Shown one piece after another: positions 37,670 through 45,852 of a stretch of 64,000 bases of DNA. The stretch spans positions 81,238 through 145,237 of the forward strand of contig SOJX01000087.1 in assembly GCA_004376375.1 (NCBI GenBank). Reading direction: 5' to 3'. The notes under the pieces were generated by a model. That model did no database searches, had not been told where the DNA came from, and was given only the letters and a program-made list of their open reading frames with translations. Position numbers and translations under genes: made by a program. Origin of the DNA: Planctomycetota bacterium. GTDB taxonomy: Bacteria > Planctomycetota > E44-bin39. The first letter of the stretch is position 1. Each line of letters starts with the position of its first letter.

Positions 37670-40201
37670 ATGGAAAAGAAGGAAAGACACCCTGATCCAT
37701 TTCCGGGATTCGGCCGGGTGCAGAGGCCGACGCGGTATATCGGCGGGGAAGTCGGCTCTATCATGAAAGACCCGGCGAAGGTCAATTGCCGCATCGCGCT
37801 CGCCTTCCCGGACGTCTACGAAATAGGCATGAGCCATCTCGGATATTCCATCGTCTATCACGGGTTCAACAGCGACAGGCGTGTTTACGCCGAGCGCGTA
37901 TTCGCACCATGGTTCGACGCGGAAGAGGAAATAAGAAAAGCGAATCAGAAACTTTCCACGCTCGAGACCGGTACCCCGCTTTCGGATTTCGATATAATCG
38001 GTTTTACGCTCTCGCACGAACTCGCCGCCACGAACGTCCTGAACATGCTCGACCTCGGCGGCGTGCCGGTTCTCGCGGGAGACCGCAGAGACGGCGACCC
38101 GATAGTAATCGCGGGCGGATGCTCGGCCGCGAACCCTGAGCCGCTTTCCGATTTCATCGACGCATTCTACCTCGGCGACGCTGAACCGGTCTTTTCCGAG
38201 CTCGCGGACGTGCTGACCGAGGCCAGGGAAAAGAAATGGCCGCGTAATAAAATCGTCGAAGCAATAGCATATATCGGCGGCATGTATGTCCCGTCTTTCT
38301 TCGACCCGCAATATGAGAATGGAAAATTTACCGGGATGCTTACGCGCACGCAGAGCTTTCCCACGCCGACGCGGCGCGTTGCCGCCGATCTTGATAATTA
38401 TCCGCTGCCGGACAAGCCGGTAATACCGCTTGCCGAGGCCGTACATAACCGGATCGCGGTCGAAGTCGCCCGCGGCTGCACGCGGGGATGCCGCTTCTGC
38501 GAAGCCGGTATGTATTACCGCCCGGTGCGGGAACGCTCGCCCAAAAACGTAATCGGTTACGCCTGCGCCGCGCTCGATAATACCGGGCACGAAGAACTCT
38601 CGCTCATGGCGCTCACGACCGGCGACTACACCCGGCTCGGCGAAACTCTGCGCGCGCTTGTAGACGAATGCGAAGAGAGACGTGTAGAAATCTCGCTCCC
38701 CTCGATGCGCTTCGGAACGCTCGAGAAATCGCTTGCCTCCGAGCTGGCCCGCTTCCGCAAGACCGGCTTCACCCTCGCGCCCGAGGCCGCGACGGACCGG
38801 TTGCGCCGCGTGATAAACAAGGTCATCGACGAAGAACAGATGATAGCAGAAGTAACCGCGCTTGCCGGGATGGGATGGAAACAGTTCAAGCTCTATTTCA
38901 TCATCGGCCTCCCGACTGAAACGGAGAAAGATATCAAAGGGATTGTTGAGCTTTCAAAAAAAATCAAAAGCGCGGCCGGCAAGGGCGCAAAGGTGACGGC
39001 CTCGGCCTCAACGTTCGTGCCGAAACCTTTCACACCCTTTCAATGGGAGGCTATGCTTCCGCTCGATGAGATCCACAGGCGGCAGTCGTTCCTGCGAACA
39101 GAGCTCGGCGGGTCGGGCATCAAATGGAAATACCACGATGCGCGCACATCCGTCGTGGAAGGCGTTCTCGCCCGCGGCGGGCGTGAGTGCGGCAGACTTC
39201 TTCTCGAGCTTCACAAACGCGGCGCAAAATTCTGCGCGTGGACGGATTACTTCAACAAAGAAGCATGGAACGAGTCATTCGCCGCCGCAGGGATTGACCT
39301 TGATAAAGCCCTCGGCACAAAGGAAGTCGCCGACCCCCTGCCGTGGGACCACATCGACATGCGTATTGACAGGAAATTTCTCGAATCCGAGCGGGAGAAA
39401 GCGCACCGAGCCGAGCCGACGCCGGACTGCCGCGTCGGCGGCTGTGTCGATTGCGGCGCATGCGATTCCAGTGGAACTGAAACCAGGCTTGCAGCCGATG
39501 CGCCCGCCTTGCCCGAACGGAAAAGCGGGCAGGATATTTCCCCGCAGCCCGAAACCTTTTCCCGCTATCGCATCACGTTCAGGAAATTCGGAAAGGCAAT
39601 TTTTCTCGGCCACCTTGAATTGAAGTCTGTTTTCGAAAAAGCGCTCCGGCGTACAAAACTTCCGCTGCGGTTCACCCGCGGTTTCCACCCGCAGATGCGG
39701 CTCGTGTTCTCGCCGCCCCTGCCGGTCGGAATCGCAAGCGAGGCGGAACTTGCCGACGTTTTTTTGAACGAAGAAGTCGAACCGAACAAAATCCTGGACC
39801 GGCTCCGCGCCGAGGTGCCGGAAGGACTCGAGATAACGCGCGTCACGGAAATACAACCGCAGCAATCGTCGCTTCAGCAGGCGATAACCGCAACCACTTA
39901 CAGCGTTGATATTTCTCAACTTGAAATTCCGCCGGCCCAACTGGAGAAATCTATTTATAATTTCGAAAAACTCGACGAAATGCCTGTCATGCGCAAACAG
40001 GACGACAGAGCCCCGATGGATTTGAAAATTTTCGTGCAGGACATCAGCGTCGCCAGCGGTCAGATTAAATTTTCGACCGACGTGGTCGACGGTTTCATGG
40101 TCCGCGCGGCATTGGTGCTTGAACACATTTTTGAATTTACAGACGAAACGTTCGAAAAAGTGCTAATTACCAAGACCGGTATTGAGATGGAAAACAGTTA
40201 G
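37670..40201 (+). CDS. radical SAM protein (TIGR03960-like) fused to a DUF2344 (TIGR03936-like) domain
   Basis: 'ARGCTRGCRFCEAG' CxxxCxxC motif. C-terminal 'RITFRKFGKAIFLGHLEL' DUF2344-like block. Start at ATG 37670 ('MEKKERH'). Confidence 0.65.
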   Translation: MEKKERHPDPFPGFGRVQRPTRYIGGEVGSIMKDPAKVNCRIALAFPDVYEIGMSHLGYSIVYHGFNSDRRVYAERVFAPWFDAEEEIRKANQKLSTLETGTPLSDFDIIGFTLSHELAATNVLNMLDLGGVPVLAGDRRDGDPIVIAGGCSAANPEPLSDFIDAFYLGDAEPVFSELADVLTEAREKKWPRNKIVEAIAYIGGMYVPSFFDPQYENGKFTGMLTRTQSFPTPTRRVAADLDNYPLPDKPVIPLAEAVHNRIAVEVARGCTRGCRFCEAGMYYRPVRERSPKNVIGYACAALDNTGHEELSLMALTTGDYTRLGETLRALVDECEERRVEISLPSMRFGTLEKSLASELARFRKTGFTLAPEAATDRLRRVINKVIDEEQMIAEVTALAGMGWKQFKLYFIIGLPTETEKDIKGIVELSKKIKSAAGKGAKVTASASTFVPKPFTPFQWEAMLPLDEIHRRQSFLRTELGGSGIKWKYHDARTSVVEGVLARGGRECGRLLLELHKRGAKFCAWTDYFNKEAWNESFAAAGIDLDKALGTKEVADPLPWDHIDMRIDRKFLESEREKAHRAEPTPDCRVGGCVDCGACDSSGTETRLAADAPALPERKSGQDISPQPETFSRYRITFRKFGKAIFLGHLELKSVFEKALRRTKLPLRFTRGFHPQMRLVFSPPLPVGIASEAELADVFLNEEVEPNKILDRLRAEVPEGLEITRVTEIQPQQSSLQQAITATTYSVDISQLEIPPAQLEKSIYNFEKLDEMPVMRKQDDRAPMDLKIFVQDISVASGQIKFSTDVVDGFMVRAALVLEHIFEFTDETFEKVLITKTGIEMENS

Positions 40202-40286
40202 CGGCCGCGCTTGCGCGGCGTTGTAGGGGCAAGGCACGCGCCTGTTCTTTGCCCCCTACATATCAACGCGCCGCAAGCGGCGCCGC
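40201..40286. repeat. approximately 86-bp near-perfect palindrome (REP-like, GCCCCTACA family) exactly filling the gap between convergent genes
   Basis: Left arm 'gcggccgcgcttgcgcggcgttgtaggggcaa'. Right arm 'ttgccccctacatatcaacgcgccgcaagcggcgccgc'. Confidence 0.55.
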
Positions 40287-40289
40287 TAA

Positions 40290-41678
40290 CTAAGATATCT
40301 CCTCGAGATGCCCGACCAGCCGTTTCACGATTTCGGGCACATAATCCAGGTGCTCGGGTTTCATCAGGACGCCGCGAAGGACGGTCATATCGGGCGTGTC
40401 CCAGAAATCTTTCCCGAACCTGTCGCCCAGAAGCGGCGGCGATATTTTCATCTTCGCGGTCCAGACAGGCTTTTCAGGATGGTTCATTGCAGCGGTAAAG
40501 AGTTTTTCTGAAAGGGCAGAAGCTGTTGAGGCTTTATCCGCACGCGGAAAATAGGCGACGATATCGAGCTCGGGCTCGACAAGCATTTCAAATTTACCAC
40601 TTTCCTTCATCAGCTTCGACCATTCCATAGCGGCTTTGCGGCATTTTGCCAGTATCGGCCCGAAGCCTTCATCGGTCCTGAGCGGAAAGCATTTCAGCGT
40701 CACCCAAAGCGCGGCTGCGGCCGCGCCGGCGCGTGAACATTCGAGGCTTATTTCGCCGAGGTGCAAATCCTTCGACGTGAAATATGTGTAAGGCGAATCG
40801 TGCCTGTAGAAACGCCCGACCGCCGGGTCGGCGAAAATCACGCACCCGCAGCTGTAAGCCTGCAGCCCGTGCTTGTGCGGGTCGATTACGATGCTGTCGC
40901 AATCTTTCAGGCACCTGAACGGCCCGGGATTTATCAGCGGTTCGTCGGCATCGGCGAGCAGTTTGAAAAAACCACCGTAGGCCGCGTCGGCGTGAACGCG
41001 AATACCGTGCTTCTCCTTGAGCAGCACAAGCTCGTCAACCGGGTCGACCGCGCCCAGGCCGGTCGTGCCGACCGTCGCGACGACGGTGCCGACATTTTCC
41101 GTTTTCAGTTTCGCCTCGAGGTCGTTCAAATCCATCCGTCCGGACTCGTCGTTTTCGATTACGATTCCCCGCGCGCCTATTACCTCGCAAAGCCGCGGGT
41201 GCGTGTAATGGCACTGCCTGCTGAAAGCGATCGCCTTGTCGGGATGCAGATTCTTCGCCACCCACAGCGCTTCGAGGTTCGCGACCGTGCCGCCGCCGGT
41301 GAGGTGGCCGAGATGCTGCGGAAAATCGAACATCTGCGCAAGCTCGTCAACCGCTTCGATCTCCATCGAAGACGTCGCGGGCCCGCCGTCGAGCGCGTGA
41401 TTGTTCGGGTTAATATGCATCGCGGCGAAATACGCTGCCACCGCGACCGGGTGCGGCGGCTTCATCATCTGCCCGGCGTAGAAGGGGCTGTAGAATGGAT
41501 AAGACTCAACAAGGCGGTCGAAATATTCTTCAAGCACCGGTTCTATTTTTTCAAACGGCAGACTTGTCGTTGAATCAGCCTCGGACACGGGTGCTTTCGC
41601 ATGCCAGCGCTCGACAGCCTCCAGACACATTTGAAGCACTTTTCTGTAATCTCCGCCGTTCATGCCCGCTCCGTTCAC
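40290..41678 (-). CDS. PLP-dependent group II decarboxylase (tyrosine/aspartate/glutamate decarboxylase family)
   Basis: 'SIVIDPHKHGLQAYSCG' PLP-lysine motif. 'GGTVANLEALWVAK'. Confidence 0.75.
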   Translation of the reverse strand: MNGAGMNGGDYRKVLQMCLEAVERWHAKAPVSEADSTTSLPFEKIEPVLEEYFDRLVESYPFYSPFYAGQMMKPPHPVAVAAYFAAMHINPNNHALDGGPATSSMEIEAVDELAQMFDFPQHLGHLTGGGTVANLEALWVAKNLHPDKAIAFSRQCHYTHPRLCEVIGARGIVIENDESGRMDLNDLEAKLKTENVGTVVATVGTTGLGAVDPVDELVLLKEKHGIRVHADAAYGGFFKLLADADEPLINPGPFRCLKDCDSIVIDPHKHGLQAYSCGCVIFADPAVGRFYRHDSPYTYFTSKDLHLGEISLECSRAGAAAAALWVTLKCFPLRTDEGFGPILAKCRKAAMEWSKLMKESGKFEMLVEPELDIVAYFPRADKASTASALSEKLFTAAMNHPEKPVWTAKMKISPPLLGDRFGKDFWDTPDMTVLRGVLMKPEHLDYVPEIVKRLVGHLEEIS

Positions 41679-41681
41679 ATC

Positions 41682-43124
41682 CTAATTCTTCCCGGCAGGT
41701 ACAGTGCTTTTCCTGCTCTTGTCAGAGTGGAAAATTTTCACGTTCGTCGCAAGGGCATATGTAATATCATCGTCGACTGAATACGTGGCCACGGCCAGTA
41801 TCGCAACGCAGCCTTTCTCAGGGCTTTTACGGTCATATGAGTATGTATATTCAGTTTTTTCCTTTTTCATTCCATAAGGTTTCCATTTTGATTCCCTGAA
41901 ATCCGTCGAATCCGAAGTCGCGACCCAGGTGCGCACGTGAAGGGGCTCGATGTCGGAGCCCACCCTGACGGACAGTCGCCCGTTTATCTCTGCAAACTCC
42001 CATACCAGCTTGGGCCATTTTAATCGCCTGTCCACCATTAGAGTAAACGCGATTATCGACTTGACTGCCGTCATCATCCCGTTCTTCAGTCCGTGGCCGT
42101 CGTTGGGGCAGTATAAAACGTGCTTCTCGCCCTCCAGACCGCCCCAGTAAAGGTTCAGGGCGTCAAGCGGCCAGTAATCATCGTTGGTGCCGATAAAAAT
42201 AAATTTGGGCAGCGACAGTTTTTCGCGAAAAGTGAACGGATCGACAATTTCCCCGAGCGAAGTACCCCAGTCTTCCTTCTCGACGAGTTGCTGCGGGAGG
42301 TTGCGTTTTGTATACGGCGCGATTTTCCGGCTGAACTCCCCCCACATCTCGAGCTGGTGCTTCATCTGCGAGCGCAGGTCAAGGTTGTCGTACACGATCG
42401 GCGCAATCGCCTTGACGCGCTCATCAACGACCGGCGTCAGCCAGGTCGTCCAGCCGCGTTTCGACGCACCGGTCACGACAAAGCCTGAAATGCTTATGTC
42501 GCAATCTTTTTTCAGGAATTCCTCGACCGCATCCATCGCCTTTACCGCGCCCTTCACCATCGGCAACAGAAGCGGCCATGTCTCATCCCGCGTCTCGAAG
42601 TATTTCACGAAAGTGTGCGCGATAATGTCGTCTTCGCGAAGACCCCCGAACAGGGGCTGGTTTGGAATATCCATAACGCCTGCGATGGGGAGTCCGACCT
42701 GGTTTGCCAGCTGCGCTACGATTCTCAATTCATTGCTCAGATGTCTTCTTCTCGGTTGCCCGGGCTCCCTTTCTTTCAGCTTACCGGTTTTGCGGTCCCT
42801 GTTGCTCCCCCCCAGAACCATCATAACGGCAAGCGACGGCTGCTTCTCGACCTTCTCCGGCCTGACAACGTAAACCGTATGTTTCCACGTAATACCACGC
42901 CACTTCTGCGAGGTAAGATTAAGCTCGTAGGCGACAGCGCCCCCGGGAAGCTTAATCTCACCGACTCTTTCCCATTTGTACGCGCCGTCGTCTGCATTAA
43001 CATACCTGGTCAGTGCGGACGGCTTTTCCTTTTTATCCGATCCCGCTTTTTGCGTTCGGGCAGTCGTGCAGGAAGCGAACGCAACAAGGAAAAAGGCGAT
43101 TATTATTCTAGTCATACGCATCAT
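41682..43124 (-). CDS. PhoPQ-activated pathogenicity-related protein (PqaA)-family lipoprotein / alpha-beta hydrolase-like
   Basis: 'MMRMTRIIIAFFLVAFASC' lipobox. 'FVVTGASKRGWTTWLT' PqaA-like Ser block. Confidence 0.55.
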   Translation of the reverse strand: MMRMTRIIIAFFLVAFASCTTARTQKAGSDKKEKPSALTRYVNADDGAYKWERVGEIKLPGGAVAYELNLTSQKWRGITWKHTVYVVRPEKVEKQPSLAVMMVLGGSNRDRKTGKLKEREPGQPRRRHLSNELRIVAQLANQVGLPIAGVMDIPNQPLFGGLREDDIIAHTFVKYFETRDETWPLLLPMVKGAVKAMDAVEEFLKKDCDISISGFVVTGASKRGWTTWLTPVVDERVKAIAPIVYDNLDLRSQMKHQLEMWGEFSRKIAPYTKRNLPQQLVEKEDWGTSLGEIVDPFTFREKLSLPKFIFIGTNDDYWPLDALNLYWGGLEGEKHVLYCPNDGHGLKNGMMTAVKSIIAFTLMVDRRLKWPKLVWEFAEINGRLSVRVGSDIEPLHVRTWVATSDSTDFRESKWKPYGMKKEKTEYTYSYDRKSPEKGCVAILAVATYSVDDDITYALATNVKIFHSDKSRKSTVPAGKN

Positions 43125-43174
43125 TGTGGCTTTCTCCCGCTGAGAAAAACAGGGCGGCTTGACCGCGACGGGAA

Positions 43175-44149
43175 CTAGGGTGTGACGATACCGGTCCTGG
43201 CGAATGCGCTTACGATTCGCCATGTCGGAAGCCAGCGGTCCGGGCCGCGGCCCCACGTGCCGTCGGACCGGCGCTCGTTGAGCAGGGAGCCGGAAAGCTT
43301 ACGCACGATTTCTTTCGCAAGCTCGCCCGGAAAGCGGGAAACCGTCTCGACGATATAAGCCTCAGCCACGCGGCTCAATCGCTTCTTTGGCCCGCCGGGC
43401 GTGCGCCTGACAACGAAATGCCCGCTCTGCGCCTGGTGCGCGGAAAGGAATTCGAGCGCCGACGCCGCAGCCCCCAGCTTCACAAGAGACTCCTTGCCGG
43501 ACAGCGCGCGCAACACCATTACGGTCGAGGCGACTCGCCCACCCGCCCCCGGCGCAGGCCAGGAACCGTCGTCCAGTTGCATGGACATAATCCGCTCATT
43601 AACCGGCGCAATGTCGGAATCTTCCGGGCTTACTTTGTAACGGAAAAGCGCTTCCAGTTCCAGGCCCAGGAATCCAAGTCCGTTCGCAAACGCCGCCCGA
43701 ACGTCAGGCCAGTTGCCGCCAAGCGTATCATATTGATAAAACTTCGTCTCTTTCTTAACGTACTTATCCCGCTCTTCAAGAGGAACAGGAATAAAACCGC
43801 CTTCGAGCCTGACGCTTTTGCGCGGCCCCGGCACAAGCCTCGCGCCCGAGGCGACAATCGAGCGAAGCCATTTAATCGCGCTTTCAACCCCCGGCTTATC
43901 GGGCGAGACGCCGAGCCCGCTGAAGCGGCGCAGGATCTGGCACGTCCCTACAACCGAACCGTCCACGGAGCCGTCGTAACGCTGTTTGCGGCGCAACCGG
44001 CTGAGCAGGGTCGAAATGAAGCGTTTATCTTCGTCGGAGTGCGTGTTCAGAATTCTGAATCGGACCAAAAGGCCGAGCAGGTTCGGGTCTTCGCGGTATG
44101 GTGCAAAAAAATCTTTTGCGGCATGCGGCATATCTCTGCTCTCGCTCAA
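43175..44149 (-). CDS. prenyltransferase/squalene-oxidase-repeat (alpha/alpha toroid) protein
   Basis: Repeated 'DGSW...'/'DGTWG' motifs. No signal peptide. Confidence 0.45.
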   Translation of the reverse strand: MSESRDMPHAAKDFFAPYREDPNLLGLLVRFRILNTHSDEDKRFISTLLSRLRRKQRYDGSVDGSVVGTCQILRRFSGLGVSPDKPGVESAIKWLRSIVASGARLVPGPRKSVRLEGGFIPVPLEERDKYVKKETKFYQYDTLGGNWPDVRAAFANGLGFLGLELEALFRYKVSPEDSDIAPVNERIMSMQLDDGSWPAPGAGGRVASTVMVLRALSGKESLVKLGAAASALEFLSAHQAQSGHFVVRRTPGGPKKRLSRVAEAYIVETVSRFPGELAKEIVRKLSGSLLNERRSDGTWGRGPDRWLPTWRIVSAFARTGIVTP

Positions 44150-44306
44150 TCAGGATGCCTTCAGCACAGCAGACAAGCGACGGCATTATGCCACCGTACG
44201 CGTTGAATTTCAACACCATTTTTTTGAGTCGAAAGTCAAACGTCACAAGGGATAAACGTGTATTCATTATGACCTGAGACCCGTGACATGTGATATGAAC
44301 CGGGAT

Positions 44307-44343
44307 ATAAAAAACAACGCCGCGGAATTAACCGCGGCGTTCT
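44307..44343 (-). terminator. candidate rho-independent terminator (minus strand): stem aacgccgcgg/ccgcggcgtt followed by a T-run
   Basis: Minus-strand read is 'aacgccgcggttaattccgcggcgttgtttttt'. Confidence 0.3.
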
Positions 44344-44628
44344 GCACCTCAGCCGGTGCGGGGAAGGGAGGGTATATGAAATCGGCAATGCGAAAAATCT
44401 TTGCATTGCCGATTATTGTTAATCCGACCTGTCGGTGTGGCGCTGGCGGTATGGTCAGCGTTTCGCGCGCCTGACAACTTACGGAAAAGGCCGCGCGATA
44501 TTGCCGCACTGCGGGGAACGGAAGGGAGGGAAACACGCCGGGCCGCAGGTCGGTTGATTTTAGACCTGCCGTCGGACACAGGAGGAAAGTCCGAAGCGCC
44601 GCAATGTCCTCCACTTTTTAAAATACAA
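44344..44628 (+). ncRNA. candidate structured noncoding RNA of unknown class (approximately 285 nt) ending in a terminator-like hairpin
   Basis: No credible ORF. Several strong internal hairpins ('atcggcaatgcgaaaaatctttgcattgccgat', 'ccgcaggtcggttgattttagacctgccg'). 3' 'ggaggaaagtccgaagcgccgcaatgtcctcc' followed by 'acttttttaaaa'. Confidence 0.15.
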
Positions 44629-45063
44629 TATTTCCTACATCGCCCATGCCCGACGGAAGGAGTTTCAAAGAACAGTTACTACTTCTGTTCTTAGTATCAG
44701 CAAAGGATGTGCCGGAAAAAAATCTGAAGTCGGAATTTTATAATAACAGATACTACAAGGGGTTAAGCGAAAGTGCCTTTTCGTGCCCGCTGCCTGGAAT
44801 TGTAAGAATAAGAAATTAGTAAAAGACACATTGCGATAGCCTAAAATCCTTCAAACCTGTAAATGCCTCCTTACAACAAAGAATGGAATTGCCCATTTCA
44901 ACAGGTAGAGGAAATGTAATAGTTTTGTAATATTTTGCGGAAAATTCCCACTTTTTTCGGTTCTGAGACCCCTTTGAAACCCCTGTGCAGGCCGAGTAAA
45001 GGGGTGCATCAGGCCGCAATCGGGAGGTATCGGTTGCGAAAAGACGGTATTCGTCGTTTTTTT

Positions 45064-45730
45064 GTTACAGAATTCCTGGGTTTGTAACCCTGAAAATTTT
45101 CGGCATGGTTTTTGTCGGGAGTTAAAAGTTTAAAGTGTAATCTGAAGTTACATCAATGCTTTGGGAGTCAAAAGTTTAAAGTTATAAGTTTAAAGTTAAA
45201 TCATTTGCTCTGGACTTTTAACTTTCGACTTTTGACTTTAAACTCTATTTCCTGATTTTTCCCAGGTTGCAGAATGCGAATAGAATGGTTATTGGTTTTT
45301 GGTCATTGGTTTTTGGTTAAAGGTCTCAAGTCTCAGGACTAATTATTGGCCGAATGACTGAGTGACTTTTCCCGACCGAAAGGTTTTATGAATCGAAAGC
45401 TCCATTCTGGTATTCTGGTAAGACAATACCACAATGGTGTTCTTTGAAGCATTTGAAATGGGAAGGGGAAAGAAGGAAATGCAAGAATGCCGGAACGATG
45501 TGCTGTTAAGTTTGTAATGCGGAAATTTTTTGGCACGGGATTTGAGGGCGTAGTTAAAAGTTTAAAGTTGTAAGTTCTAAGTTAAATCCAATGCTCCGGA
45601 CTTTTAACTTAGGACTTTTGACTTTAAACTTCTTACCCGATTTTCGATTGTCGATTTTACTTATTACCTTGTCAACCTGTTACCGTGTTCCTTCTCCCGA
45701 TTCCCGGCCGAATGACGGAGTGATTTTTTC
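45064..45730. repeat. tandemly duplicated noncoding module (unit A 45064..45375, unit B 45503..45730), each with a long AT-rich imperfect palindrome built from TAAAGTT/AACTTT heptamers (45166..45245 and 45552..45631)
   Basis: Shared blocks 'gtttgtaa..gaaaatttt(c/t)ggca(t/c)gg', 'agttaaaagtttaaagt...gacttttaactt..gacttttgactttaaact', 'ggccgaatgac(t/g)gagtga(c/t)tttt'. Confidence 0.55.
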
Positions 45731-45852
45731 CAAATTTAGATTTTCGATTGGATGGTTCGGCACTTAGAAAAACATTTCGCTGGTAACTTCCGGTTCATCG
45801 TTATAAAATCTTTATCATTCCATAATGTTTCAGAAAGTTGAAAGGTAAGGAA

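Noticed and set aside
44570-44620. 'GGAGGAAAGTCCG' string reminiscent of the RNase P RNA P4 region
   Set aside because: No other conserved RNase P blocks on either strand, and nothing matching the 3' 'ACAGAACCCGGCUUA'-type partner. Kept only as part of a generic candidate sRNA.
45838-45852. Alternative TTG start for the R-M gene as given in the ORF track
   Set aside because: An ATG at 45853 is preceded by a good Shine-Dalgarno sequence ('aaggtaaggaa') at proper spacing. The TTG five codons upstream lacks one.
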